Part shown: positions 15,722-27,058 of the stretch, one piece after another
Numbering within the stretch: the stretch's first letter is position 1
Layout of the letters: every line of letters begins with the position of its first letter
DNA from: a virus
UHGV virus genome: UHGV-2125804
Reading direction: 5' to 3' (one strand)
DNA length: 47,909 bases
Translations under genes and position numbers: made by a program
Notes under the pieces: generated by a model
What the model was told of the DNA's origin: nothing
Database searches by the model: none
The model's input: only the letters and a program-made list of their open reading frames with translations

Positions 15722-18700
15722 ATGGCAAACGGAAAACCATTAGGTAATATGAAGGTTATCTTAGACCTAGACAGTTCTGCCTTTTCTAAAGGGCTCAACG
15801 GAGCAAAAAAAAGCGTAGCTTACAATATGAAAGCCATGCAATCACAGATGAAAGTAATGAATTCATCAGGTGATAAATTAGGCGCTTTACAAACAAAATA
15901 TGACGGCCTTAGCAAAACACTTAGTTCAAACGAAAAGTACATGGGCAAGTTAAAGGAACAATATGATAAGAGCTTCGATGCGAATGGCAAGGCAACTACT
16001 GCTACTGCCAAGTATGCTAACGAACTGAACCAAGCGATTGCTAAATCTGCTAGCTTTGAAGCACAAATGAAAACTACAGTGGGTCAGATGGCACGTGTAA
16101 AAGTTGAGACTGAAGGTATTACTGGAAAACTTAAAACTCAATCTGAGCAATGGATAAAATCTGGTAAGAAAATTGAAAACTTCGGTCAAAAATTATCTGG
16201 TGTGGGCACAGCTATGACTGTTGGAGTCACTGCCCCTCTACTGGCTGGATCGGCAGCAGTTACAAAGGCGGCTATCTCATGGGAATCAGATTTTGCAGGT
16301 GTAAAAAAGACGAATGATGAAGTCGTGGATTCGAATGGAAACGTGACATACTCATATGCTGATTTAGAGTCAGGTCTTCGAGATTTAGCTAAGCAGTTAC
16401 CATCTAGTCATTCTGAAATTGCTAAAGTTGCTGAAGCAGCCGGACAGTTAGGGATTAAAACTCAAAATGTAAAATCATTTACTAAAACGATGATCGATTT
16501 AGGCGAGTCAACGAACATGTCTGCTGAAAGTGCAGCAACTTCGTTGGCTCGTTTTGCTAATATTACTCAAATGAGTCAGAAAGATTTTGACAAACTTGGC
16601 TCAGCGATAGTTGACTTAGGGAATAACTATGCAACAACCGAATCCGAAATTACAGAGATGGCTTTGAGAATTGCCGGTGCAGGTAAGCAAGTTGGAATGA
16701 GTCAAGGTGATATTCTCGGGTTTGCAACTGCGTTGAGTTCTGTTGGTGTTGAGGCTGAAGCGGGCGGTTCTGCTATATCCAAGGTCATGGTTCAAATGCA
16801 ACTAGCTGTTGAAAAAGGAACAGGAGCATTCGGAGAACTAGAAGAAAGAGCTAACAATGCTGGGTTTTCAATAGGCGAGGTTAGTCAAGCAGTGGTAAAC
16901 GGCGGCAAACCACTCAAGTCAATGGCCGAAGCGTTAGGGATGAACAGTTCTTCTTTGAAGAAAATGTACAAGGAAGCTGATAAGTCTAAAACATCATTAG
17001 AGAATTTTGCAAGCGTAGCCGGTATTTCAAATGAACAGTTTTCTAAATTGTTTAAGAATGATCCATCTAAAGCAATTATGAAATTTATCCAAGGTCTTTC
17101 AAATGCTGAAAAACAAGGTACGTCAGCAATCAAGATGTTAGATGACATGGATATTAAGGAGGTTCGTCTTCGAGATAGCCTTCTACGTGCAGCGAATGCT
17201 AGCGGAGTATTTGACAATGCCATTAAGACAGGTAATAAAGCTTGGAAAGAAAACTCTGCATTAACTGAAGAAGCAAATAAGCGATATGAAACTACAGAAT
17301 CCAAACTTAAGATGTTAAAAAATGAAGCTGTTGACGCGGCTATAGATCTCGGCGGACCATTTGTAGATGCATTACGTGATGGTTTGAAAGCGTCAAAACC
17401 TCTAATCAAAGGATTAGGAGACATAGCAAAAGGATTCTCAAATTTAAGCAAAGATCAGCAAACTAATATTTTGAAATGGATTGGTGTAGCTGCAGCAGCA
17501 GGGCCAGCATTTAAACTTTTAGGATCAGGAGCAACTGTAGTTGGAAAGACAAAAACTGCTGTTGGAAAACTGAGTGGCGGATTAGTTGAATTGGCAGCAA
17601 ATGCCGCTGAGAAAAAGGCGATGGCTAGTTTTTCTAGCGGAGTAATACTAGCAGGAGATTCGGCAAGTAAGGCGGCGCCTAAAATTGGCGCAGCAAGCAC
17701 TCAAATCTCTGGTTTAGGTACTGTCGCATCAGGTGCTGCAGGAACAAGTGGAATTGGAGCTGTAACTGGCGCATTAGGAGCATTGTCACCGGTTCTTATT
17801 GGAATAGCTGGTGTAGGTGGAGCTCTTGCGCTTGGTTATGGAGCATGGAAACTATTCGGCGAAGAAGCATGGAACTCTGGTCAACGGGTGAAACAATGGG
17901 GAACCGATGTAGGAGCAGAGACCGATAAAGTCTTAGATAAGGTGCAAACAAACACAGATAAAGCTAGCGGCCAGTTTGGATTGATGGAGCAAGGTTTCGC
18001 TACTAATTCAGAAGCTATGGTTACTAATTTTGAAAAAATTGGTCAAACGGTTGAACAGAGTTTGATTAATAAAATTGAAGGTTTAGATAAACTAATCAAA
18101 GAGTTACCTGCTTCTGTTGACTCTGCAACCAAAGACATGGTTGAGAAAGAAAAAGAGAAAGCAGAAGATGCACTCAAGATTATCCAAGAAAACACTGACC
18201 GAATATCTGAGATCAAGAAAAATGCTTCAAGTAACGATCGAGAACTTAGTGTAAATGAAGCGAAAATGATCCAAGATTTAGCAGAGAATACCACAAGAGC
18301 CTATGTTGAAACTCTTGACGTTTCAGCCAAAGAAAAGAAGAAAATCTTAGCTACAATGAACGGAGATGTCTCAAAAGCATCTGAAGAAGAAGCAAAGCTG
18401 TGGTTGCAATCACTAGGGAAACAACGTGCAGCCGCCCAACAGCATGCTCAAAAAGGTAGAGAAGAAAAAGAAAAGTATCTGAAAGACTTAGGATATAATC
18501 TCGATGGTGAGTTTGCTCAAAAATTTCTAGCTGCTTGGGACGAAATCAATAAAACTACAACTGATGGTTTTGATGCTCAGATTGCTACGATTGCACAAAA
18601 ATATCCGGACTTAGCTAAAGAAGTTTACTTTGGCAATGGTCAATTGATTAGTAGTATGGGCGAAGCTGGAACCGAAGCAATTAAGATGAACGATGAAATC

Positions 18701-21700
18701 TTAGCAAGCGCAACAAGCATGGCAAATCAAGTAGCTGAAAACGCTAAGAAAAATGCTGAAAAGCTTTCTTGGACAGCGAATGAGTCTAGTAAAGAAGGTA
18801 AGAAGTCAGCTCAGATTTGGAACTCTCTTGTATTTGACGAGAAGACTGGTGAAGTTAAAACAAATGCTCGTGAAGAGGTTATCGAAGCAACAAAGGATTC
18901 TAAAACTTGGAATGATCTTCGCTTTGTCCTTCATGACGCAAAACTGAACTCAAATGCAAAGCTTATTGTAGGAGAAGCTGCTCTTGCCAATAACTGGTGG
19001 GATGGAATGGCTTGGGATGACAAAAAAGCAATCCTAGAAGATAAGTTCTCTCAGACAATGTACAGAGCTTTAGAGGATTCTGGAAAATGGAATGATCTGA
19101 GTCTCGAACAGAAGACCGCATTTTTAAGGTCTAACTCTAAAGAGGCAATGGCCGAAACGATGCTCAATTTAGGTTTATGGGATGAGTATCAGCCAGAAAT
19201 AAAAGATTTGAAAGCCGACAACTATAACTTCTTAGAAACCTTAAAAGGTTCCGAAGAAAAAATGAATCAATGGAACACGGTTCCTACTGATGTCAAAAAG
19301 TTGCTTGGTGACAACTATGACATTTTAAATAAAATCTATAGTTCTGATCAGTCCTTCTCGCGTTGGAATTCCCTACCTGATTCTGAAAAGAAAATCCTAG
19401 CAAATAATACTGATTTTTTAGGAAAATTGATGACATCCGAAACAAACATGAATAGATGGAATCAGTTACCAGAGAAAGAAAAGAAAATTTTAGGTAACAA
19501 TTCTGATTTGCTAACTAAAGTTTTTGGCTCAGAACAAACTTATTCTGCGTGGCAAAGTATTCCAGATAATGTAAAAAGAATGCTTGCGGATAATGTTGAT
19601 TTAAAGCAGAAGGTGAAAGATGGAACAATCAAATTAGAAGACTATAAAAAAATCGAACCACATCTTAAGGTACTAAAAGCAGATGACCAAGCTTCTAACA
19701 AAATTGGAAAGGTCGGCAAAGATTTTGACGAGTTTAATAAAAAACCTTCAGTAATCACTAAGACGCTGAAATTTGTAGGGGATTTTGGAAAAGGTGTAAA
19801 AGAAGCTCTCGGTTTTGAAAAGGGTACAAATTATCATTTAGGCGGTCCCGCAATTGTTAATGACCAACGAGGATCGTTATATAAAGAACTAGTTATTCCT
19901 AAAGGTGGTACGCCATTTATTCCACAAGGAAGAAATGTTCTGTTACCTGATTTAGCTAGAGGTTCTAAGGTGTTGAATGCATCAAAAACAAAACAGCTTA
20001 TACCTCGTTATGCAGCAGGTATTGGCGAAGTTATTACACCCGATTCTAAGATCACTGAATTAATCCAAGTGATCAATGAGCTTATCATAACGTTAAAAAC
20101 TATGCAGCCTCAATCAGCTGAATCGGACACCGTTGGGATGATGACAGAGAAATCAGTTATTCCGAATACTCAAGGAACCGCTGGAATTGCTTCTCTTGCT
20201 CCAGAACAGTTATTGGCTCAAGGCGAACAGTACATCACAATTGGCTCAATGTGGATGACTAATCTCATGAACGGCTGGAATTCAATTGTCCCGCAGTACA
20301 TGGCAAGCGAAACACTATTTATTTCGGACTATCTAACGCAATTGAGTAACCAAAACAATCCGAATTATTTGCAGGGTGTCACTTGGAATAGAAACTTGAT
20401 GAATGGTTGGAACAGTTTAACAGGAACATTCATTAATCTAATCAAGACGTTCTGTAACCAAGCGATGACAACTCTTCGGAGTTACAATGCGCCTATGTAC
20501 AACAATGGTCGTGCATGGCAACAGAACAATTTAAATGGTTGGAATTCGTTATATGGTTCATTTATTGCCAGAGTGAATCAATTGGGGAATGATTCTATCA
20601 ATAACTTGCGTTCTAAAAATGGTGGTTTTTACAGTGCCGGTAGTTATCTTATGCAATCGCTAATTAATGGTCTTAACACTATGGGTGGTTCATTATCATC
20701 AACTATGAATGGCGTAGCAAATAAGATGGTCGGCGGGATCGGAAAAGGTGTTAATGGTGTTATTGGCGGCGTTAATTACGTTCTTAAAGAGGTTGAATCT
20801 GACAAGAAACTTGGCAACTGGACTGTTCCACAATACGCAAAAGGGACAGACGGACATCCGGGCGGTTTAGCTTTAATTAATGACCAAAAAGGACCAGTGC
20901 ATGAGGAATATGTACAGATGCCTGATGGACGTGGATTTATTGCTAAAGGGAAAGATTTGTTAGTAAATCTCCCAAAAGGCGCGCAGGTATTGAATGCTTC
21001 ATTAACTAAAAAAATGAAGAATAGACTCGATATTCCGCACTATGCAAATGGGACGGATGATTTTGATATATTTGATTTGATTGATGATGAAGGTGTTTTT
21101 AAGAAGTTAGTTGATAAGAGAATCGATTACAATAGTATCATAGAACCTTGGAAGAACATGACAAAAGCTGGCGTTAAATTAATGACTAGCGCCGCTTATC
21201 CATTCGTGCAGAAACAGGTCGAGGATTCATTTGGTGGAGGAAGTTTCGACGGTGCGATGAATGCAAATAACGTCTACCAGTATCTAGTTGATATCGCGCA
21301 AAAAGTGATGTCGAAATTTGGGGGGCTAACTATCACTTCTGGATACAGACCTGGAGATCCCTATTGGCATGGTAAACATCAAGCGCTGGATATTTCAGGT
21401 TACCCTTATGGAAGTCCGAGGTACACAGAAGCTGCAAATTGGGCCTTTGAGAAGTTTCCTAAACAGATTGCTTATGTAATTACGAATGGTAGAGTGCGTG
21501 ATCGAGTAGGTATGTCAGGCCAAGCTGCAACAGGACAATGGGTACCGTGGCCAGACGGAGATCACTATGATCATATTCACTTAAATGGCGCGTTAGGATC
21601 GGGGGATATTTTTAAAGCTGGAACAGATGTTGCAGGAGGCCTGCCAACGCCTGGAGGTGCGTCAGTAGAGCGTTGGCGACCTTATATCAAAAAAGCCCTA

Positions 21701-22345
21701 AAAATGAACGGATTGCCAACTACTCAAGCATATGTTAATGCTTGGATGTCACAGATTCAAACAGAATCAGGTGGTAATCCTTCGGCGATTGGTGGAAACG
21801 ATGGATTAGCTGATGGTAATGCAACAGGATTACTTCAAACTAAACCAGGGACATTTGCAGCGAATGCTTTTCCAGGGCACGGAAATATCATGAATGGATT
21901 CGATAATATGCTAGCGGCTATTCGATATGCAAAAAATCGGTATGGTGCTAATATGTTGAGCGTCATCGGTCGCGGTCATGGGTATGCTAACGGCGGTCTC
22001 ATCAACAAAGATGGACTTTACAGAGCGGGTGAAGGAAACAAACCTGAAATGGTTATTCCGCTAACCCGTAAAACGCGCGCAATCGAACTGATGGGTCAAG
22101 CGCTAGCTTTCATGGCAGGGGATAACAAGCAGTCTGTCTCTCAAACTCCTTCTGCTGATAACACTGCAGAGTTAGTAACATTAATTAAACAACAACAACG
22201 GCAGCACAGTGAACTGATGCGGATATTAAAAGCTATCTTATCAAAAGATAACGGTATCACTACTGATGCGGTTGGAAAAGCTGCTAATGATTTCTTAGGC
22301 GGAGATTTGAGCAAATTAGGGTATACAACAGGAGGTGCTTTCTAA
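15722..22345 (+). CDS. tape measure protein with C-terminal M15 peptidase and SLT lytic transglycosylase domains
   Basis: 2207 aa; Trp-containing NGWNS repeats; internal ~65-aa duplication (GGPAIVNDQRG / GGLALINDQKG); SGYR...HGKHQALD...DHYDHIH (M15-like) at ~21337..21590; ESGGNP...GLLQ (SLT) at ~21753..21839. Confidence 0.9.
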   Translation: MANGKPLGNMKVILDLDSSAFSKGLNGAKKSVAYNMKAMQSQMKVMNSSGDKLGALQTKYDGLSKTLSSNEKYMGKLKEQYDKSFDANGKATTATAKYANELNQAIAKSASFEAQMKTTVGQMARVKVETEGITGKLKTQSEQWIKSGKKIENFGQKLSGVGTAMTVGVTAPLLAGSAAVTKAAISWESDFAGVKKTNDEVVDSNGNVTYSYADLESGLRDLAKQLPSSHSEIAKVAEAAGQLGIKTQNVKSFTKTMIDLGESTNMSAESAATSLARFANITQMSQKDFDKLGSAIVDLGNNYATTESEITEMALRIAGAGKQVGMSQGDILGFATALSSVGVEAEAGGSAISKVMVQMQLAVEKGTGAFGELEERANNAGFSIGEVSQAVVNGGKPLKSMAEALGMNSSSLKKMYKEADKSKTSLENFASVAGISNEQFSKLFKNDPSKAIMKFIQGLSNAEKQGTSAIKMLDDMDIKEVRLRDSLLRAANASGVFDNAIKTGNKAWKENSALTEEANKRYETTESKLKMLKNEAVDAAIDLGGPFVDALRDGLKASKPLIKGLGDIAKGFSNLSKDQQTNILKWIGVAAAAGPAFKLLGSGATVVGKTKTAVGKLSGGLVELAANAAEKKAMASFSSGVILAGDSASKAAPKIGAASTQISGLGTVASGAAGTSGIGAVTGALGALSPVLIGIAGVGGALALGYGAWKLFGEEAWNSGQRVKQWGTDVGAETDKVLDKVQTNTDKASGQFGLMEQGFATNSEAMVTNFEKIGQTVEQSLINKIEGLDKLIKELPASVDSATKDMVEKEKEKAEDALKIIQENTDRISEIKKNASSNDRELSVNEAKMIQDLAENTTRAYVETLDVSAKEKKKILATMNGDVSKASEEEAKLWLQSLGKQRAAAQQHAQKGREEKEKYLKDLGYNLDGEFAQKFLAAWDEINKTTTDGFDAQIATIAQKYPDLAKEVYFGNGQLISSMGEAGTEAIKMNDEILASATSMANQVAENAKKNAEKLSWTANESSKEGKKSAQIWNSLVFDEKTGEVKTNAREEVIEATKDSKTWNDLRFVLHDAKLNSNAKLIVGEAALANNWWDGMAWDDKKAILEDKFSQTMYRALEDSGKWNDLSLEQKTAFLRSNSKEAMAETMLNLGLWDEYQPEIKDLKADNYNFLETLKGSEEKMNQWNTVPTDVKKLLGDNYDILNKIYSSDQSFSRWNSLPDSEKKILANNTDFLGKLMTSETNMNRWNQLPEKEKKILGNNSDLLTKVFGSEQTYSAWQSIPDNVKRMLADNVDLKQKVKDGTIKLEDYKKIEPHLKVLKADDQASNKIGKVGKDFDEFNKKPSVITKTLKFVGDFGKGVKEALGFEKGTNYHLGGPAIVNDQRGSLYKELVIPKGGTPFIPQGRNVLLPDLARGSKVLNASKTKQLIPRYAAGIGEVITPDSKITELIQVINELIITLKTMQPQSAESDTVGMMTEKSVIPNTQGTAGIASLAPEQLLAQGEQYITIGSMWMTNLMNGWNSIVPQYMASETLFISDYLTQLSNQNNPNYLQGVTWNRNLMNGWNSLTGTFINLIKTFCNQAMTTLRSYNAPMYNNGRAWQQNNLNGWNSLYGSFIARVNQLGNDSINNLRSKNGGFYSAGSYLMQSLINGLNTMGGSLSSTMNGVANKMVGGIGKGVNGVIGGVNYVLKEVESDKKLGNWTVPQYAKGTDGHPGGLALINDQKGPVHEEYVQMPDGRGFIAKGKDLLVNLPKGAQVLNASLTKKMKNRLDIPHYANGTDDFDIFDLIDDEGVFKKLVDKRIDYNSIIEPWKNMTKAGVKLMTSAAYPFVQKQVEDSFGGGSFDGAMNANNVYQYLVDIAQKVMSKFGGLTITSGYRPGDPYWHGKHQALDISGYPYGSPRYTEAANWAFEKFPKQIAYVITNGRVRDRVGMSGQAATGQWVPWPDGDHYDHIHLNGALGSGDIFKAGTDVAGGLPTPGGASVERWRPYIKKALKMNGLPTTQAYVNAWMSQIQTESGGNPSAIGGNDGLADGNATGLLQTKPGTFAANAFPGHGNIMNGFDNMLAAIRYAKNRYGANMLSVIGRGHGYANGGLINKDGLYRAGEGNKPEMVIPLTRKTRAIELMGQALAFMAGDNKQSVSQTPSADNTAELVTLIKQQQRQHSELMRILKAILSKDNGITTDAVGKAANDFLGGDLSKLGYTTGGAF

Positions 22346-23167
22346 TTGTTTTACAAATTGCTTTTTAACCAAAATGGTAGATTGTTTGATCCGCAAGAAA
22401 ATGGAAAGATAATCTGCAAAGAAATAAAAAGACAAGCGCCTATCTACGAAGTGAAATATGAAGATTTCGAGGGGACAAACGGAAGTAGAGAAGTCAATGC
22501 TTCTTTTCGTCCTTTTGAATTGGTTCTTACATTCGATATTTTTTATAAAAATGAATACGATAAAGAATTAATCATCACAGAATTACATCAAATTGTTTTT
22601 CCTGGTTTTCAATTTTATATAACGCATGAATTAAGTCCGGGAAAACGGTTTAAGATAAATCCGTCAAATTTCGAACTAACGGAAGAAGAAAATGATTATT
22701 CAACTATCGAAGTTACATTCGATGTCCCTTCTGGCTGTTCAGAATCACTTTCAACCACACTCTCTGAATTTTCGTTGGACGATGAGTGGCAGTTTTCTCA
22801 AAATCTTGAAGCAGAAGATTACGCCTATGAATTTAACAAAAGTCGTTTTCAAGTGTTCAATGCAGGAGATTTCACGATTGATCCACGTGAGCATGACTTG
22901 AAAATCACGTTAAAAGGTGAATCGCTAGGCAATGCGACAATCTTCAATCGAACGACTGGCGAGCGGTTTATTTATTATCCTAGTTTTTCGAATAACTTAG
23001 GTCAAACAATCACGCTAGACCGTGTTTATCCGAAGTTGAACGGTGTAAATTGCGGAATCGATACAAATCTCGAATTAATCACTTTAGCGCCAGGGATTAA
23101 TGAAATAGAAATACAAAATGTCGCAAACGTGAAATCCTCTTGGGATTTCCGTTTCTTGTACAAGTAG
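22346..23167 (+). CDS. distal tail protein (Dit)
   Basis: TTG start directly after TMP stop; size and position. Confidence 0.75.
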   Translation: MFYKLLFNQNGRLFDPQENGKIICKEIKRQAPIYEVKYEDFEGTNGSREVNASFRPFELVLTFDIFYKNEYDKELIITELHQIVFPGFQFYITHELSPGKRFKINPSNFELTEEENDYSTIEVTFDVPSGCSESLSTTLSEFSLDDEWQFSQNLEAEDYAYEFNKSRFQVFNAGDFTIDPREHDLKITLKGESLGNATIFNRTTGERFIYYPSFSNNLGQTITLDRVYPKLNGVNCGIDTNLELITLAPGINEIEIQNVANVKSSWDFRFLYK

Positions 23168-23175
23168 GTGATACG

Positions 23176-24201
23176 ATGACAGATATCATCATTCAAAATT
23201 ATGAAAAGACAAAGAAAGAAATCCTTGTTGATTATGACAAGGATTCTTTTGTTGAAAATTGGCAACAGAATGAAACTTGGGAAGTCAGTTTCAATGTTTC
23301 AAGAACTGAAATAAATGGCTATACGTTTGACTTAATTGATTATGAAAACTCAGTTATATTTAATGGTCAAGAATTCATAATTAAGTCAATGGAACTTAGT
23401 GGATTAGGATCAATGATAACTAAAAATGTTACAGCAACGCACATCTTCTATACAGTTCAAGATGGGTTTCAATACAATACGATATCAGGAACTCGAGCTA
23501 TTAATGAATTACTAACACATGTCTTTAACGGTGCTACCGGGGATATGGGTTTTCAATGGGAAGTAGTAAATCCTCTAGGGAAAATCGGGAGAGTAGAACA
23601 GGAAAATTTCGGAAATGCGAATTACCTCAAACTAATTGAGGAAATAATGAGCGATTATGATGTGGTAATGGTACCCGATAATAAACGCATGACATTCTAT
23701 TCTCGTTCAGATTTTGGAAACCAAATTCAAGAACAAATACGCTATAAGTACAATACAGATTCCGTAAAGTTCGATATTGACACGTATTCGTTAAAGACCC
23801 AGATCAAAGGGTTTGGTAAGAAAAAGGAAGATGACACGTATTACTTCTCTCCAATCACTTACACTTCCCCTGAATCGGAGAAATGGGGAGTTCGAATACA
23901 AGATCCTGTAGAAGATGAACGATACACAATTTCTGGAAATATGATGGAGCGTTTAAAAAAGGATTTGCAAGATTATCCTTCAATCAGCGGCTCAGTAACC
24001 TTAAAATGGCGAATTACTCCACAAAAAGGAGACTATGTTCCTTTTATTTACGAACCATTAAATATCAAAACTTATATTCAAATAGTGGGAATTAAGACGT
24101 ATCCTGCATTGCCTAATAAACCGCCTGAAATCACATTATCAAATACAAAAAAAACAATGACATCAATACTAGCGAACTTAGCTAGGAAAGGAGTGATTTA
24201 G
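23176..24201 (+). CDS. tail-associated lysin-like (Tal) / prophage tail endopeptidase family protein
   Basis: Position after Dit; ATG 23176 with AGGTGA RBS (track ORF begins at 23140). Confidence 0.55.
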   Translation: MTDIIIQNYEKTKKEILVDYDKDSFVENWQQNETWEVSFNVSRTEINGYTFDLIDYENSVIFNGQEFIIKSMELSGLGSMITKNVTATHIFYTVQDGFQYNTISGTRAINELLTHVFNGATGDMGFQWEVVNPLGKIGRVEQENFGNANYLKLIEEIMSDYDVVMVPDNKRMTFYSRSDFGNQIQEQIRYKYNTDSVKFDIDTYSLKTQIKGFGKKKEDDTYYFSPITYTSPESEKWGVRIQDPVEDERYTISGNMMERLKKDLQDYPSISGSVTLKWRITPQKGDYVPFIYEPLNIKTYIQIVGIKTYPALPNKPPEITLSNTKKTMTSILANLARKGVI

Positions 24202-25250
24202 TGGAACTACTAAAACTCATTAAAAATAGGATCTCGACAGAATGGAAAAAAAAGTTTAATGATAATGTAGATATTTTGAACGGCATTACACGTGACCAGA
24301 ATCAGAAAATTGAAACCACAAATAAACGGCTTGATAACCTGGTTCTGCATTCGGGTGGCGATTCTCCAAATGAAGTAGTAGATGCACGGGTGAATAACCG
24401 TGCGCAACAATTTGATACCCTTCAGGGAAGATTGCTTGCTTCTGAGTGTACACATGATTCAGATATGGCGGAGACACGAACGGAGTTAGAAGATCAGAAT
24501 GTGAGTATTGGTGAAATTAATAAAAAGCTTGATAAAATACTCGGCGAATATGGAGGTACACTTACTATCTATGTTTCAACTGAGCGAGGGGATAATAGCA
24601 CAGCTGATGGGACTCAGGCATTGCCGTTCAAAACGATTCAAGCAGCAGTAAACACGATACCACTTTTAACACCAAGTCAGGTGACTATTCTCATTGAGGA
24701 TGGGACCTATTTAGAAGATGTTCGTTTTCGAAACATTTATTCAGGAGGTATCTATATTCGATCAGTCCAAGACACAACAAATTTAGACCCTTCATCTACG
24801 GACTGTCCTGTTCGTGTTCGTTCAATTTCATTTGTATACTGCACTGGTTATCTTCAAGTACGAGGAATTCAATTTGTAGACCAGGGGAATGCACCATCTA
24901 CTGGCAGTACACGATATTCGCTCTATCAAGAGCAGGGTGGATATATGAGTCTTGCTAAGTGTAAGTTTGCTGAAAATACCAAGTCGATATCCAATCATAA
25001 AACCATTTATGTCGGAGGAAGTTCAAAGGCAACAATCGGTTCTGATACCACCTTTATTAATCAACTAATGTGTGTTTATGTACTAGGAATGGCAGAAGCA
25101 AATATTTCTGGAATTAAGGGGTCTTCAAATACAGAATTCTTAGTTGTATGGAACGGTACCGGAAGAATACCAAGTGATTTAAATATCGCTACAACAAATA
25201 CTAGAACGATCGAAAGAGGATTGATTTTAACAAAGGGGTCGGTGATGTAA
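24201..25250 (+). CDS. tail fibre/baseplate protein with predicted beta-helix (pectate-lyase-like) region
   Basis: GTG start; N-terminal coiled coil; ALPFKTIQAAVN...VTILIEDGTY motif suggests a right-handed beta-helix. Confidence 0.45.
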   Translation: MELLKLIKNRISTEWKKKFNDNVDILNGITRDQNQKIETTNKRLDNLVLHSGGDSPNEVVDARVNNRAQQFDTLQGRLLASECTHDSDMAETRTELEDQNVSIGEINKKLDKILGEYGGTLTIYVSTERGDNSTADGTQALPFKTIQAAVNTIPLLTPSQVTILIEDGTYLEDVRFRNIYSGGIYIRSVQDTTNLDPSSTDCPVRVRSISFVYCTGYLQVRGIQFVDQGNAPSTGSTRYSLYQEQGGYMSLAKCKFAENTKSISNHKTIYVGGSSKATIGSDTTFINQLMCVYVLGMAEANISGIKGSSNTEFLVVWNGTGRIPSDLNIATTNTRTIERGLILTKGSVM

Positions 25251-27047
25251 TTGTTCAAAACAAGCGAAGAAATAATTGTGATTCAAGCAGAAGCAACCAC
25301 CCCTGTAAATACAGGAGTGGTTTTTTGGTCCCATGACAAAGGGACTGCTAAACTGATATTTCGGTTAAAAAAAGATCATATAAATCAAAACTTATCTCAA
25401 GGGACAATTGTTCCGATCCTTTTAGAATTTAATTCAACCACAGCAAGTAATGGACGAGGACGCCATATTTATCATGCGGTAATTGAGGATGTTTTAGAGG
25501 GGATAGTTTCCATTGTTTTAGAAGATAATATTTTGGGGTACGTTGGCCGTGTAGATGGTTCAGTTTATATTGAGTTACCTGATTCGCGATCACTCGATAC
25601 TGCTGGCCGATTTACTTTTGATATTAAACGGAGTCCGATCGATGAAGATGTTCCTGAATTGGAAGATTATTATTGGCAAGGATTCAACGAGATTATACAA
25701 GAATCAAAACGTTTAATCGATCAAGTAGAGAGTAACTGCGAAACTGTTCTAAATGATCTGTCTTCAAAAGTCACTTCCTTAGAAAATCAGACATCAGATA
25801 TAAAAAGCAAACAAGCAGAGATACTGAAATCTATAGAAGAGCATGACGTTTTTACCAAGCAAGAAAGTTCCGCAAACGTGATCTACCAAGTAATTGGGAA
25901 AGAAAAAGCTGAAATAACTTTTAGACTGGATGCAAAAAGTGAGTTTGTTAAGGTTTCGTCAGTAGGTTACACAACTTTATTATCACCAACGAATGTGAGT
26001 TGGATACCATTGACAGAAGAACAATTGAACAACTTATCTTCTTTGGACGGAAGTCTTTACTCTGCTAGAGATGTCGCTGCTAATTATATGAAACAACTCA
26101 AATATGATTGTGATATTCTTGGTTTCTTTAAATCACTTTTGGGTGAGAAGTTCTTTACTATTCGTGGAGCGACTACTGATTCTCAAAAAGTAGAAGTATT
26201 AGAAAGTTTAATAACTGATTTCACTTCAAATGTTTACGGTTATGGCTCTGGTGGCGGTATTAATAAACTTACTCATCGTAATTGGAATGGAACATGGACG
26301 GTTAGTGATTCTACCGCAGCAAACGAAGTTACCAGAATTGGTCAGACTATAGAAAGTACCGATACTAACTGGAAGAAATTGATTAATGGCGGAAAAATCT
26401 CTGTTTTAAGCAACAGTGAGCCCACGATTAGTCCAAACTATTCAACAGTGAATATTGATTATCTGTGTCTTGATGTCACTATTGAGCTATCTGCTAATGA
26501 ACATTTTGAATACATGATAGCGGCCAATCACGTAGAAAACTTAGCAACTCAAGATGAGGCAGAAACAGGTGAAGACAATACAAAAACGATGACTCCGCTT
26601 CGTGTTTTTCAATCGATTGCACAGTGGACGAAAAACAAGTTTGTTTCTAAAACCGAGGACGAAACAGTTTTAGGAGCGAAGAATTTTAAAAACGGTCTGC
26701 AAATTAATGGTAGAAACGTTTTAAGTCAATCGGGAGAAAAAGTAGTTGATCATACTAGTGCGACGGATTCGTCCATCCAGTCGGGAACTGTACGATTGAT
26801 CCGCTATGGAGATTTTTTAATATTTAACTTTAATTTCCAGTGCAGAAGCTCAAACATTAATTCTGGTGGAAATTTGATAGGTGCTATTGAGCCTGATTTT
26901 ATTCCGGCATACTCAATTCAAGTATCGCTAAACGACAATAAGTCTTTAACGATTGATTCTTCTGGAAAAGTCACGGCTCTTTGGGGGCTTGACGCAAATA
27001 AATACTACGTCGGATCTGCAATGGTTATTGCAAAAAATAAACTTTAG
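25251..27047 (+). CDS. receptor-binding / tail fibre protein
   Basis: 598 aa, last large structural gene before the lysis cassette. Confidence 0.5.
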   Translation: MFKTSEEIIVIQAEATTPVNTGVVFWSHDKGTAKLIFRLKKDHINQNLSQGTIVPILLEFNSTTASNGRGRHIYHAVIEDVLEGIVSIVLEDNILGYVGRVDGSVYIELPDSRSLDTAGRFTFDIKRSPIDEDVPELEDYYWQGFNEIIQESKRLIDQVESNCETVLNDLSSKVTSLENQTSDIKSKQAEILKSIEEHDVFTKQESSANVIYQVIGKEKAEITFRLDAKSEFVKVSSVGYTTLLSPTNVSWIPLTEEQLNNLSSLDGSLYSARDVAANYMKQLKYDCDILGFFKSLLGEKFFTIRGATTDSQKVEVLESLITDFTSNVYGYGSGGGINKLTHRNWNGTWTVSDSTAANEVTRIGQTIESTDTNWKKLINGGKISVLSNSEPTISPNYSTVNIDYLCLDVTIELSANEHFEYMIAANHVENLATQDEAETGEDNTKTMTPLRVFQSIAQWTKNKFVSKTEDETVLGAKNFKNGLQINGRNVLSQSGEKVVDHTSATDSSIQSGTVRLIRYGDFLIFNFNFQCRSSNINSGGNLIGAIEPDFIPAYSIQVSLNDNKSLTIDSSGKVTALWGLDANKYYVGSAMVIAKNKL

Positions 27048-27058
27048 GAGGATACGAT

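Noticed and set aside
15820-18294. Several minus-strand and alternate-frame ORFs (15820..16011, 15950..16189, 16885..17451, 17455..17700, 18043..18294) inside the tape measure gene
   Set aside because: Fully embedded antisense in a long, clearly coding, Ala/Gly/Lys-rich gene. No RBS. Composition artefacts.
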